From a virus (Duplodnaviria; Heunggongvirae; Uroviricota; Caudoviricetes), in the IMG/VR virus record IMGVR_UViG_3300033074_000580, positions 287,270-323,865 of that record: a DNA stretch of 36,596 nt, one strand, 5' to 3'. Shown in pieces: positions 8,925-18,243 of the stretch. Each line of letters opens with the position of its first letter. Within the stretch, counting starts at the first letter, position 1. The translations under genes and the position numbers were made by a program. The notes below the pieces were generated by a model. The model worked only from the letters and a program-made list of their open reading frames with translations, ran no database searches and was not told the origin of the DNA.

Positions 8925-11900
8925 TTAACTAAATGCGACTGTTATTCCTGTTATTGGTGTTGGGTCTCCTTTATATTTTACAATCACATAAATTTCATCA
9001 TATGTTGCGTTAATATACATACCATCAGCATTTCTGATTGGTAACGTATATGTGGTACTTGATAATGAACCACCAGAATTACCATATAAATCTATACTAC
9101 TTCCAAATGGATTTTGTCCATCCGTATTTGCTGAAATTGTCGATACAAAGTTAGCCAACGTTTTTGATGGGTCATAAATTCTCGCTCTACTTGAAGTCAC
9201 ATATGGTGATGTTGATTTTGAAGATTCAAATAATATAACAGCACTTACAGAATTATTTGTTGTTGCATCCCAACCAACTAAAGCTTGACCCAAATTTATT
9301 GTCATCGATGTTTTAGTTCCTGATGTTTGGAATCTTCTAATATAATATTTGTAATCACTTGCAGCCGATGGATTGGTTAACCAATATCCATATGTACCGC
9401 CAGGTTTTACCAAATAACCAGGTTTAACTTGTAAATCAGTTGCACCTAAATTATATAGTCCAAATGACGTTGTCCAAGATGTACCTGCAAATGATAAGAT
9501 GTTATCGTTTACAACTAAACGATAGTTTTCACCCGTAAAAGGTTCAACCAACGCAGTTGCTGTGTCTGCACCTTGGGTTCTACCGTAGTATGCTAAACTA
9601 CCACTAACAGATGGTTGTCCAAAAGTTCCTGCGGTATGATATGATACTGTAGATGTGTTTGTTGTAACCGTACCCGCTTTATTATAACCATTTATATAAA
9701 GTGAGAAAGAAGTTGTACCTAAACCAGTTTGATTTATGTTCTCATCTGTTGCAGTTGGGGAGAATGTAGATACCGCATTTACTTTAACAATATCAGTTTC
9801 ATATGGTATTGTTGAAGTACTTCTTAATGTTGTACCTGAAGAATCGTAAACCGCATTTGCCGTGTTAATTAAACCTCCACTCATTCCAACCGAAGTTAAA
9901 CCGGTTTCGGTAACTAACGAATCTGAATCTGTTATGGTTGCAATTGTACCATTATAATATAAAGGATTAAATAAACCTAAAATAGAACCAGATATATTAT
10001 ATGTTGCACTTGACAAATAAGGTGCACCACTTAATGAACGAGAAACCGCAGTTAATGCAGTCACCGAAACGCCACTAAATGTTGGTGTTTGTGCGGGAAT
10101 GTTTGTTGATATCGTTGTTAACGGTGCGTAGAATATTTCCGTGTAATGTGTTTGTGGTGTTGTAAATACACTTGAACCACTTGCAATCGATATCGATGAT
10201 GAAATATGATAATATCCACTACTACTTACCGCAGAGGCACCACCATTGTAAATTGCCGGTGAAAATACAGTTGCAAATTTACCGTCTTGATATGCCGCAG
10301 GTATAACCGCAGGATTTGCAGTATTGATTTTTGCCAAACTAACTCCACTTGTTGTGCCTGCACCTGTTTGTGTTATTAAGTGTTGTGAACCAGATGTAAC
10401 GGTATCCGTTTTAGAACTATTATCTTTAAACTTATATGTAAATGAACCACTTACTTTAAATAATGTTGGTACACCGTTACTTAATAAACCCAATCCAAAT
10501 AGTTGTGAATCAACTGATGAAGATACAATTGTACTTCCAGCCGCAACACTTGTGTATGTTTCGTAATAACTTGAATTTGTATATATTGGACTAATACCCG
10601 CAAAAATTGTAGAACCTGGAGTAGCAAAACCTTTAGAGTTCAAGTACGTAATCGTCGTATTTGTTGAACTTTGTGGTATTGAACCGACAGTTACAGTTCC
10701 TGTTGTCGTGTTATTTGCGTTAGTTGTAAATGAACTATATGTTTTTGTGTTTGGTGAAGCATCAGGCGCTGATGATGATAATAAACCAGCCACAAATCTT
10801 AATATTTCTGACACATCTGTATTCTTATCAAAATTATTAAAATAAGAACCTTCTAAACTTGTTTTCCAATCATTAGATGTTGGGGTTCCCACGTTGATAT
10901 TTGCAGCATGTATTGATTGAGAAACCGCCATTGCATATTTTGCGGTGGTTGCTCCATCTGGTGATGTCATTAACTGACTACCTGTAACTTGTAACGTTTC
11001 GTTGGTTGCATAAAATGAACCAGTTTCTTGCCAAATGTTACTTGCATTTAAAGATATTGTTAGATTATCTATTCTTGTATCAACTGAACTTGATAATTCT
11101 GAAATTGATGTAGAAATTGATGAAGAGACGTTATCTAAATCACTTTGTAATATAATTTTCTCTTCGGAACCTAATGGTCCTCCTATCCAATAATCATTTG
11201 TTGCATCCCATAGTAAACTACCTGAAATTTGGTCGGGATTAGTGGCATCTTTTATCAATAATCCACCAAATGCAGCCTCACTACCATTTAATTCAATAAC
11301 ATTGTCACCAATCGATATGGTGTTTGATTCAACTGCAGTTGTTGTACCTTTAACTAAAAGATTACCCTTTATGGTAACGTTACTACCCGTAATTTCAATC
11401 GCACCACTAACAGAACTTGAAAATTGATTTAATGCATCAATTCTTGTAGAAAGTGAACCAGATAAAGTACTAATTGATGAACTAAATGAACTTGAAACAT
11501 TCGTAATGCTATTATCTATTGATGATGAGATTTCACCGAGTGAACTAGATACATTATCAATTCTATTATCAATTGATGCTGATAAAATATCGATTGATGC
11601 AGATAATGAACTTGATAAATTTGTTATTCTTGTATCAATAGACGATGAAATATCACCTAAAGAACTTGATACGTTATCTATTCTATTGTCAATTGACCCT
11701 GAAACCGTATCTATCGTTTGATATAAATCATCGATTGATACTGAAACTGACCCCGATAATGTATTTATCGATGCAGATAATGAACTTGATAATTGACTTA
11801 TTGAGCCAGATAAAGAACCTGATAATATGTTAATTGATGAGGATAATGATGACGTAGCACTATTAAGTTCACTAATTAAGATAATTTTCTCCTCACTACC

Positions 11901-12332
11901 CAATTGACCTGCCTTCCAATAGTCATTTGTCGAGTCCCAAAGTAATGAACCTGAAATGGTATTAGGTGCGGTTGGGTCTTTTATTAAGAGACCTCCATTT
12001 GTTGCCGCACTACCATTTAATTCTATAATATTATCACCAATAGCAACTGTTGTTGAATTAACTGCCGTGGTTGTTCCTTTAACTAAAAGATTACCTTTAA
12101 CGGTTAAATTCGAACCTGTTAATTCTATTGCTTGATTTAATGAAGCCGTATATAAGTTTAACGCATCTGTACCCGAACCAGCAATAACATCCCCAAGAGT
12201 TTGTCCGGAAAGATATATATTATCCGCATAAACCGCATGTAATGCACCTGAAATAGCACCTAAATCAACAACCGAACCCGATGGAACGTTTGCGGTATCA
12301 ATTTGGAGCCAGTTAATCTGTTGTAATGCCAT
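8925..12332 (-). CDS. Large tail fibre / structural protein (1135 aa) with duplicated domain and Ser-rich coiled coil
   Basis: Two copies of GNLLVKGTTTAV..IGDN.IELNGS...SGSLLWD.TNDYW separated by Ser-rich ~11-residue repeats, followed by a T/S/G-rich C-terminal beta region. Confidence 0.75.
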   Translation of the reverse strand: MALQQINWLQIDTANVPSGSVVDLGAISGALHAVYADNIYLSGQTLGDVIAGSGTDALNLYTASLNQAIELTGSNLTVKGNLLVKGTTTAVNSTTVAIGDNIIELNGSAATNGGLLIKDPTAPNTISGSLLWDSTNDYWKAGQLGSEEKIILISELNSATSSLSSSINILSGSLSGSISQLSSSLSASINTLSGSVSVSIDDLYQTIDTVSGSIDNRIDNVSSSLGDISSSIDTRITNLSSSLSASIDILSASIDNRIDNVSSSLGEISSSIDNSITNVSSSFSSSISTLSGSLSTRIDALNQFSSSVSGAIEITGSNVTIKGNLLVKGTTTAVESNTISIGDNVIELNGSEAAFGGLLIKDATNPDQISGSLLWDATNDYWIGGPLGSEEKIILQSDLDNVSSSISTSISELSSSVDTRIDNLTISLNASNIWQETGSFYATNETLQVTGSQLMTSPDGATTAKYAMAVSQSIHAANINVGTPTSNDWKTSLEGSYFNNFDKNTDVSEILRFVAGLLSSSAPDASPNTKTYSSFTTNANNTTTGTVTVGSIPQSSTNTTITYLNSKGFATPGSTIFAGISPIYTNSSYYETYTSVAAGSTIVSSSVDSQLFGLGLLSNGVPTLFKVSGSFTYKFKDNSSKTDTVTSGSQHLITQTGAGTTSGVSLAKINTANPAVIPAAYQDGKFATVFSPAIYNGGASAVSSSGYYHISSSISIASGSSVFTTPQTHYTEIFYAPLTTISTNIPAQTPTFSGVSVTALTAVSRSLSGAPYLSSATYNISGSILGLFNPLYYNGTIATITDSDSLVTETGLTSVGMSGGLINTANAVYDSSGTTLRSTSTIPYETDIVKVNAVSTFSPTATDENINQTGLGTTSFSLYINGYNKAGTVTTNTSTVSYHTAGTFGQPSVSGSLAYYGRTQGADTATALVEPFTGENYRLVVNDNILSFAGTSWTTSFGLYNLGATDLQVKPGYLVKPGGTYGYWLTNPSAASDYKYYIRRFQTSGTKTSMTINLGQALVGWDATTNNSVSAVILFESSKSTSPYVTSSRARIYDPSKTLANFVSTISANTDGQNPFGSSIDLYGNSGGSLSSTTYTLPIRNADGMYINATYDEIYVIVKYKGDPTPITGITVAFS

Positions 12333-12352
12333 GTAAAAGTAGAGTCTTTTAC

Positions 12353-12359
12353 ATAAATA
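12353..12359 (-). promoter_or_regulatory. TATTTAT putative late-promoter motif
   Basis: Lies between the terminator at 12385 and the ATG at 12332. Confidence 0.55.
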
Positions 12360-12380
12360 CTTTTATCTTGTTTCTGCGCA

Positions 12381-12407
12381 TAAAAAAAGGGATTTTTAAT
12401 CCCTTTT
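12381..12407 (-). terminator. Intrinsic terminator after glutaredoxin
   Basis: Stem AAAAGGGATT-ttt-AATCCCTTTT, ending in a U7 tract on the minus strand. Confidence 0.75.
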
Positions 12408-12410
12408 ATT

Positions 12411-12683
12411 TTAAAGATATGTTTTAATCTTTTCGATAACCTCACTTTTATCCGTATAATCCCTACCAGGAATGTAAACAGGACCATCATCTTGCCCGTC
12501 AATACTAATAAAAACGGTGGGTAATGAGTTATGTCCAGTTTGCGAAACCACTTGATTCCACACTTCCTGATTCTTTTCTATGGGAATTTCGGTATATGGG
12601 ATATTTTGTTCATTTAAATCGTTTTTCAAATGAACACAATGGCTACACCCGTTTAAGGTAAAAACGTACACTATATTTGACAT
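12411..12683 (-). CDS. Glutaredoxin-family protein
   Basis: CSHC active site, SLPTVFI cis-Pro motif, 90 aa. Confidence 0.85.
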   Translation of the reverse strand: MSNIVYVFTLNGCSHCVHLKNDLNEQNIPYTEIPIEKNQEVWNQVVSQTGHNSLPTVFISIDGQDDGPVYIPGRDYTDKSEVIEKIKTYL

Positions 12684-12988
12684 TATAATCTGTTCAATAT
12701 ATCTTTATAGAAATTATCGGGTTGTGCCCCTTGTGAACGATTCACGATTTTATCCCCATCATAAATTATAACGGTGGGTACTGAACGAATATTCAACTCC
12801 ATTGCTGCATCCACATTTTGGTCAACATCTACTTTTGAAAAAATTACCCCTTGATATTCATTTTCAAAATTTTCCAATCTCGGTGATAATGCTTTACATG
12901 GTCCACACCAACTAGCTGTGTATTGTACCAATAATTTATTCCCTTTTGATTGTAGTTCTTTTAATTTCTCTGCTGTTACGTTTTCCAT
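12683..12988 (-). CDS. trxA: Thioredoxin
   Basis: WCGPC active site, KVDVD, IRSVPT. Confidence 0.93.
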   Translation of the reverse strand: MENVTAEKLKELQSKGNKLLVQYTASWCGPCKALSPRLENFENEYQGVIFSKVDVDQNVDAAMELNIRSVPTVIIYDGDKIVNRSQGAQPDNFYKDILNRL

Positions 12989-12994
12989 ATTTTT

Positions 12995-14065
12995 TTAACT
13001 ATTAAATCCTATTTTATTTTTATTCGTTGTTTTAATTAACTCAACGTCTATATTATATATATCCGCTAAACTCATTGATTCTGAAACTTCGTGGCCTTTT
13101 TCTAAATGTTTTAAAAGTTTATTTGAATCTTCTATTGAAAGTTTTTCAAATTTATGTTCAGCAATTAAACGACCTTTACGAAGTAAGGCTTGGTCTATTT
13201 TTTCTTTCTTCATGTTGAATGTTGCAACAATCTGAATACTCAAACAATCCCCTAAAATACCGTCTGTTAGGTTCAAAATGTTCGAAACTCCCGCCGGTGA
13301 ACCATTACCTTCTCTGTCTGAAATAACTCTCTCAGCATCCTCTATTATGAGAATTGAGTTTCTGTGGTCCATTAAAAACGGTATGATTGATGGTTCGGAC
13401 AACATTTCCGCCATTGATGGTGGGATAAACAAGATATCTTTTTCTTTTATTAAAGATGTAAGATATTTTATATATGATGTTTTTCCCGTACCAGGGTCTC
13501 CGTGTAAAAGAATAATTCCCTTACCGTTATTTTCATTCAATTTTTCAACGATTGTTTTATGAATTTTACCAAATGACTTACCGTAATTTAATTCCAATTC
13601 CATTGGTGGTACAAATAAGTCATATTCTTCGGTATCTAAATGACCCATTTCACTTTTTACCAATTGTATATTACATTTCTTTTTGGTTCTTTCGAATGTT
13701 TTTAATTTAGAAAAATCTAATTGTTTTTCAATTTCTCCCTTTTCTAAATTATATGCAATATCTAACTGCACTAAATTATCTTTATCTTTTTGAACGTTCC
13801 CATATACCCTAATCATTATTTCATTTTCATTATGAACATAAAGAGATTGTGACGCCAAATCAAATCTTCTGTTCGATGAAAATACATGATTAGTCTTTTT
13901 AAAACCTATTTCATTTAAATAATTGTATATTGTTGGGTCATAACTTAAATTGTTAACATATTTTGACGGTAATGTATCAAATAATACCACATAATATTGT
14001 TCTGATGGTATTTCACTACCATATACCGTATCATATAAGGGATAACCCGTTTGAAGTTTTTTCAT
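12995..14065 (-). CDS. AAA+ family ATPase
   Basis: Walker A GDPGTGKT, Walker B ILIIEDAE, and a second region of homology IDQALLRKGR. Confidence 0.9.
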   Translation of the reverse strand: MKKLQTGYPLYDTVYGSEIPSEQYYVVLFDTLPSKYVNNLSYDPTIYNYLNEIGFKKTNHVFSSNRRFDLASQSLYVHNENEIMIRVYGNVQKDKDNLVQLDIAYNLEKGEIEKQLDFSKLKTFERTKKKCNIQLVKSEMGHLDTEEYDLFVPPMELELNYGKSFGKIHKTIVEKLNENNGKGIILLHGDPGTGKTSYIKYLTSLIKEKDILFIPPSMAEMLSEPSIIPFLMDHRNSILIIEDAERVISDREGNGSPAGVSNILNLTDGILGDCLSIQIVATFNMKKEKIDQALLRKGRLIAEHKFEKLSIEDSNKLLKHLEKGHEVSESMSLADIYNIDVELIKTTNKNKIGFNS

Positions 14066-14101
14066 AAAACAATAATAAAATAAAAAGATTAAAAAATAAA
14101 G

Positions 14102-14404
14102 TTAGTTAAGACATATTTTACCGAAACCTCTTGTGTCCACAAAAATTAAATCTTCTTGTGTTGTTGTTTCATCATCTTTAACCACTTCAATTGCACGAAT
14201 AGTTTTACGAAGTAACTCAAACTGTTCTTTATTTAACATTACTTCACCGTTACTATTAAAATTTTTTTGTGAAATTTCACTAAGATGTTTAAAAAACATT
14301 TCACTATCTAAATCACCGATGAAGTATTCTCTTGCCTGTTCGTTTTTTTCAAAATAATTTTTTACGGTCTGTACGTATATTAAAACTTCAGGAGATAAGT
14401 CCAT
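14102..14404 (-). CDS. Hypothetical protein
   Basis: 100-aa ORF whose start overlaps the nusG stop codon. Confidence 0.7.
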   Translation of the reverse strand: MDLSPEVLIYVQTVKNYFEKNEQAREYFIGDLDSEMFFKHLSEISQKNFNSNGEVMLNKEQFELLRKTIRAIEVVKDDETTTQEDLIFVDTRGFGKICLN

Positions 14405-14928
14405 TATAATTTTTGAATTTGATTTAGTGTTAATTCAACTGCAGTGTTTCTACCAAATATTTTTATTTCGATATCCACTTTCTCACCTTTTACTTCAGAT
14501 ATTACTCCTTCAAAAGTATTAAATGGACCCTCAATAACTGTTACTCGTTCACCAACAACATATTTTAATCTTTTTGCATCCACATGTTGTTCTAAGTTAT
14601 CGTCCACCAAAATTCTTTTAACATCAGCTTCTCTTAAAAGTACCGGTATTCTATTTCCACCCATACCCATAACATTTGGTAACAACGATAATGTTTTTAA
14701 TTCATCTTCATTTAAACGCTTAGGTGTTTCGAAATAAAGATAACCACTATATAAAACTTTTTCTCGTATAGCTTTTTTATTACGAACAACAACCACTTGT
14801 TTTTCAGTTGGACAAACAAATCTTTTAATGTTATTCATTTTACCCAAAGATATGTATTTGTTGAATTCGTCAGCCAATGACCTTTCTTTTCCTGGTAGAA
14901 CTTTTACCAAGTACCAATTTGTATCCAT
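14404..14928 (-). CDS. nusG: Transcription termination/antitermination factor NusG family
   Basis: NGN domain (WYLVKVLPGKE...PTEK...LYSGYLY) plus KOW domain (GERVTVIEGPFNTFEG...IFGRNTAVEL). Confidence 0.92.
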   Translation of the reverse strand: MDTNWYLVKVLPGKERSLADEFNKYISLGKMNNIKRFVCPTEKQVVVVRNKKAIREKVLYSGYLYFETPKRLNEDELKTLSLLPNVMGMGGNRIPVLLREADVKRILVDDNLEQHVDAKRLKYVVGERVTVIEGPFNTFEGVISEVKGEKVDIEIKIFGRNTAVELTLNQIQKL

Positions 14929-14933
14929 AAATG

Positions 14934-14940
14934 ATAAATA
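14934..14940 (-). promoter_or_regulatory. TATTTAT putative late-promoter motif
   Basis: Lies 5 nt upstream of the nusG ATG. Confidence 0.45.
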
Positions 14941-14943
14941 TTT

Positions 14944-15780
14944 TTAGTAATTCATTATTAAAATCTCAGTACCAACGTTCTTTTCTTTTTTAGTTGATGC
15001 CGCTTTACTGAAACCTTTTTGTTCCCAATGATATTGGTCTTTTGGAAACCATTCTGATAATTGTGGAAAATCGTAATAAGATAAACTGAATTTTCCTTTT
15101 ACATTCTGTAAACAAGTTGCTAATCTCTCATGTGTTTCGATTGTGAAAATATGATTTGAATAGTAATCTTCAGTTTTGTAATATGGTGGGTCCATATAGA
15201 AATACGTTGTTGGTGAATCATATTTTTCAACAACCTCTTGGAAATCCATATTTTCAACAAAAGTAATTTTGTCGAAGTGTTCTCTGTATTTTGGATTTTT
15301 CAATTTATCCATGAATACCAAAATCTTACAACGATATTTTCCTTTATAGTCCATGTAAGTTGCTGTTTCAGGTTTAGACCCCGAGAATACTTGACACAAA
15401 ACATAAAGATACTTACAGGCAATTTCTAAACCATTATCTTCAGTTATAACTAAGTTATCATCAAATACTTCTTTTTGATATTGTTTAAACATCTGAGCAT
15501 ATTCCGGAGGAGTATCAACAACACCCAATTGTTGGCAAGGATATTGTAACAATGCGTCATGTAAAACATCATATTGTTTAGCCCATTTCATTAAGTTGTG
15601 ATTCAACTTATTGTAATCATTGTAAACAACTGTTTTTAAATTGGGGTAATTTTCTAAGTCCATATTAAAAAATACCCAAAACATACCTGAAAATCCTTCC
15701 ACATATGTTTCAATGTCCTGTGGAATATATTCTTTAATCCACTTACCGATTCGAGCTTTACCTCCGATGTAACTTATCAT
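14944..15780 (-). CDS. DNA adenine methyltransferase (D12/Dam-like family)
   Basis: N-terminal YIGGK, motif I variant YVEGFSG, VYNDYN, catalytic YMDPPY, and C-terminal EILIMNY. Confidence 0.9.
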   Translation of the reverse strand: MISYIGGKARIGKWIKEYIPQDIETYVEGFSGMFWVFFNMDLENYPNLKTVVYNDYNKLNHNLMKWAKQYDVLHDALLQYPCQQLGVVDTPPEYAQMFKQYQKEVFDDNLVITEDNGLEIACKYLYVLCQVFSGSKPETATYMDYKGKYRCKILVFMDKLKNPKYREHFDKITFVENMDFQEVVEKYDSPTTYFYMDPPYYKTEDYYSNHIFTIETHERLATCLQNVKGKFSLSYYDFPQLSEWFPKDQYHWEQKGFSKAASTKKEKNVGTEILIMNY

Positions 15781-15841
15781 GTTTACTTATTATGTTTAGT
15801 TTATACTAAAATATAAGTAAAAAAACCCGTAAAAAAAAATC

Positions 15842-16267
15842 TTAATCGAAACGTCTTGTTTTTGGGTTGTATTTTTCTTTGTAGACTTTGTTTTCTACTT
15901 CCCACGGACCTTTATTTCCATGGATAGAAATCATTTTACGAAATTCTTCGTTATCGTAATATTTCCCTTGATATTCATTTATATTACCTATTCCATAATA
16001 TAACATCTTTAGTATTTTAACCGTTTTACCGTTTGAGTAGTCATATACATTATCCTCATCCTCACACCACGCATGTGTAAATCTATACCCATTTAATTTA
16101 CCTTGTCCTGATACAAAACCGTGTACCAACTTAAGATTAGGTATTTCGTTTGAAATTGTGTTCTCATACATAAAATCGAACGCAGCATCGAAACAATCTC
16201 CACCATCTGGTAATTTTTCTTTGGCCATTTCAATAACAACCTCCTCAACCAATTTAATAAATTTCAT
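15842..16267 (-). CDS. Transglutaminase/papain-like Cys-His-Asp protein, putative head-internal
   Basis: Start re-assigned to the ATG at 16267 (MKFIKLVEE), 4 nt after TATTTAT. Triad-like motifs GDCF...HAWCE...VYD. Confidence 0.65.
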   Translation of the reverse strand: MKFIKLVEEVVIEMAKEKLPDGGDCFDAAFDFMYENTISNEIPNLKLVHGFVSGQGKLNGYRFTHAWCEDEDNVYDYSNGKTVKILKMLYYGIGNINEYQGKYYDNEEFRKMISIHGNKGPWEVENKVYKEKYNPKTRRFD

Positions 16268-16302
16268 ATTGATAAATATAAAAAAAAGGTATATATTGTA
16301 GT

Positions 16303-16455
16303 ATGGGATGTAAAAATTGTAAAAACAAAGACACATTAAAAGAAGAAATGTTGAATTCCACTAAGTTGGTGGATAATTGGGTTGTATGGTTTGCCATCAT
16401 ATGGTCAGGTTTGGCGATATATGGTCTTGTGACTCTTATAGGTAAATTTTTATGA
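16303..16455 (+). CDS. Small membrane protein with N-terminal CxxC (50 aa)
   Basis: MGCKNCKNKDTLKEEMLNSTKLVDNWVVWFAIIWSGLAIYGLVTLIGKFL. ATGA overlap with the next gene, and a TATATTGT motif just upstream. Below the ORF-track size cutoff. Confidence 0.7.
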   Translation: MGCKNCKNKDTLKEEMLNSTKLVDNWVVWFAIIWSGLAIYGLVTLIGKFL

Positions 16456-17090
16456 AAAAGGGGAAATATTTCATAGTACTATTTTGCAACAAAAAAAGAA
16501 TAAAAGTATTCTATCGTTGTATGCGAAGAAGTACCGTATATGATTATTGGAGAGAATATAAGACCGAAAGAAAACCTCCATTTGTTAAACAACAAGGAGG
16601 TAAAAGAAAACAGGAATTATTATTCGAACTGGCACTGATATTCCCAAACAACCGATGGGCAACAACCGCTTGGGTTAAAGACAGTTTAGGTAGAAATCAA
16701 GAAGCAAACATTGAAGATGACAAGTATAGGATAAAAGAAATTATACCTTATTGGCAAGAAGAGTTGATATATGATTTTGAAACTAAAAAAAGAATTAGAT
16801 ACCATCAAATGATGGAAAAGATTTTACCGATTTCAGATATTGCACAAATATTCACATTGAATAAAAACTTATTTGTTCAAGTTGAAAATGATGTAAAAAT
16901 GTTTGGTAATAAGAATTTAGATGATTCTCAAAGATTATTTGAGATTGTCAGAGAGGATTTGTTAAAAAGAAAAAGAGGTAATTTTATATTTGTGAAAGAT
17001 ATCACAACACATCAACGTACTTTACTTTATAATCTTTTAGAGAGTAAGGGATTTAAGAGAAGGGAATTATTTAGACATTACTCGTATTAA
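16452..17090 (+). CDS. Hypothetical basic protein
   Basis: 212-aa K/R-rich ORF with no recognisable motif. Confidence 0.7.
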   Translation: MKKGKYFIVLFCNKKRIKVFYRCMRRSTVYDYWREYKTERKPPFVKQQGGKRKQELLFELALIFPNNRWATTAWVKDSLGRNQEANIEDDKYRIKEIIPYWQEELIYDFETKKRIRYHQMMEKILPISDIAQIFTLNKNLFVQVENDVKMFGNKNLDDSQRLFEIVREDLLKRKRGNFIFVKDITTHQRTLLYNLLESKGFKRRELFRHYSY

Positions 17091-17304
17091 ATACGATATC
17101 AACTAACCCAATAGTAATGGTAAACGTATCATTAGGTTTATCCATCTTTCTTCCGTATTTCTTTTGTATTATTTCGAAAACTTTTTCAAATTCTGTTTTT
17201 GATAATTCAAAAATCATGGTTGCAGATTTTGTATCTGCATTTATTTTTTCCATTAAATCTGATATAATGGCCAATTGATTTAATAAATCACCTTTTTTTT
17301 CCAT
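17071..17304 (-). CDS. Hypothetical protein
   Basis: 77-aa ORF in an overlapping gene chain. Confidence 0.65.
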   Translation of the reverse strand: MEKKGDLLNQLAIISDLMEKINADTKSATMIFELSKTEFEKVFEIIQKKYGRKMDKPNDTFTITIGLVDIVFNTSNV

Positions 17305-17491
17305 ATCCTAATATCTTTAATAACTTATCTATTATAGATATTTTATTTTTTGGTTTTGGTTTGAACATTTCTTCTTTGTTCAATTTTTTTATTTCTTCAA
17401 TCATCTGTTTCTTCTGTATCTCCGTCTCCTTCTTGTCCTTCTCCATCTCCTTGTTCAACCATTCCATCCCCTGTTGTAATCTCTTGTCCAT
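17288..17491 (-). CDS. Hypothetical small coiled-coil protein
   Basis: 67-aa K/E-rich ORF overlapping both neighbours. Confidence 0.6.
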   Translation of the reverse strand: MDKRLQQGMEWLNKEMEKDKKETEIQKKQMIEEIKKLNKEEMFKPKPKNKISIIDKLLKILGYGKKR

Positions 17492-17852
17492 AATCGTGTA
17501 TAAGATTTATATCTTTTAATTTATCTAACGATTCTTTCTTAAATAACTCTTGAAGTTCTTTTACTTTTTGTTGGAATAACTTTTGTTTTTCCTCTTCTTC
17601 TCTATTGATTGTTAATATCTCTAAGGCACACGCAAAAACAATATCATAACCATCTTGAGTTCCATTTGAAATTAAAGACAATAGTGTAAATTTTTCATTT
17701 TTATCTTGTACTTTAACTTTAATTGCTCTATACGGTTTTACGATTTCCTCGTATTTCCAAGTCAATGGTAATTTGACATCTAAACTCACATTCCCTTCGA
17801 TTTCTCTTAAAGAATGAAAATGTGGTCTTAATGATTTAATAGTTTCAAACAC
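17397..17852 (-). CDS. Hypothetical protein
   Basis: 151 aa, GTG start, with a C-terminal coiled coil and acidic tail. Confidence 0.7.
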   Translation of the reverse strand: MFETIKSLRPHFHSLREIEGNVSLDVKLPLTWKYEEIVKPYRAIKVKVQDKNEKFTLLSLISNGTQDGYDIVFACALEILTINREEEEKQKLFQQKVKELQELFKKESLDKLKDINLIHDYGQEITTGDGMVEQGDGEGQEGDGDTEETDD

Positions 17853-17856
17853 GTTG

Positions 17857-18033
17857 TTAAATTAAAATGTATGTTATTATGTATGATAGTGAAATAATTT
17901 GAACGGTTTGTTCAATTTTTGACATTACCATTGGCTCCGGATTTTCTTGTGTCAATCTAATTACAAACTCAACAAGAAAACGTAATGTGTATATAATACT
18001 CAATACGAATAAGAATAATTTAATTTCCGTCAT
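17857..18033 (-). CDS. Small two-helix membrane protein (58 aa)
   Basis: MTEIKLFLFVLSIIYTLRFLVEFVIRLTQENPEPMVMSKIEQTVQIISLSYIITYILI fills the gap and overlaps the Hc1 stop. Below the ORF-track cutoff. Confidence 0.65.
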   Translation of the reverse strand: MTEIKLFLFVLSIIYTLRFLVEFVIRLTQENPEPMVMSKIEQTVQIISLSYIITYILI

Positions 18034-18205
18034 GTTTTTTCATTTCGTCTAAAATCTCCTTACGATATGTTGCAATAAGGAGTTTTATTTCTTGTGCATA
18101 TTTTCTAGCTCTGATAGAAGCACTTCGATTTCCCTTGTCATATACCTTCTGAGTGTCTACTGACATCTTCTCAACGAGGTCTTTAATTCTTTTTAGGGTT
18201 TCCAT
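18020..18205 (-). CDS. Histone H1-like (Hc1-family) small DNA-binding protein
   Basis: KGNRSASIRARKYAQEIK..IATYRKE resembles the GNKAAGTRARK signature of Bacteroidota Hc1-like proteins. Confidence 0.75.
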   Translation of the reverse strand: METLKRIKDLVEKMSVDTQKVYDKGNRSASIRARKYAQEIKLLIATYRKEILDEMKKHDGN

Positions 18206-18243
18206 ATTATTCCAGTTTTTGATACGAATATACGGAAAAAAAT

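Noticed and set aside
1755-11833. Plus-strand ORFs in the fibre region (e.g. 4264-4497, 5050-5436, 6128-6826, 7895-8257)
   Set aside because: These are antisense shadows of repetitive Thr/Ser/Gly-rich minus-strand genes, with no independent signals.
12260-12502. 80-aa minus-strand ORF bridging glutaredoxin and the fibre gene
   Set aside because: It overlaps two better-supported genes and crosses a terminator and a promoter motif.
16268-16336. N-terminal 23 aa of the track's 15842-16336 ORF
   Set aside because: It runs through the divergent promoter region and into the 16303 gene. The ATG at 16267 fits better.
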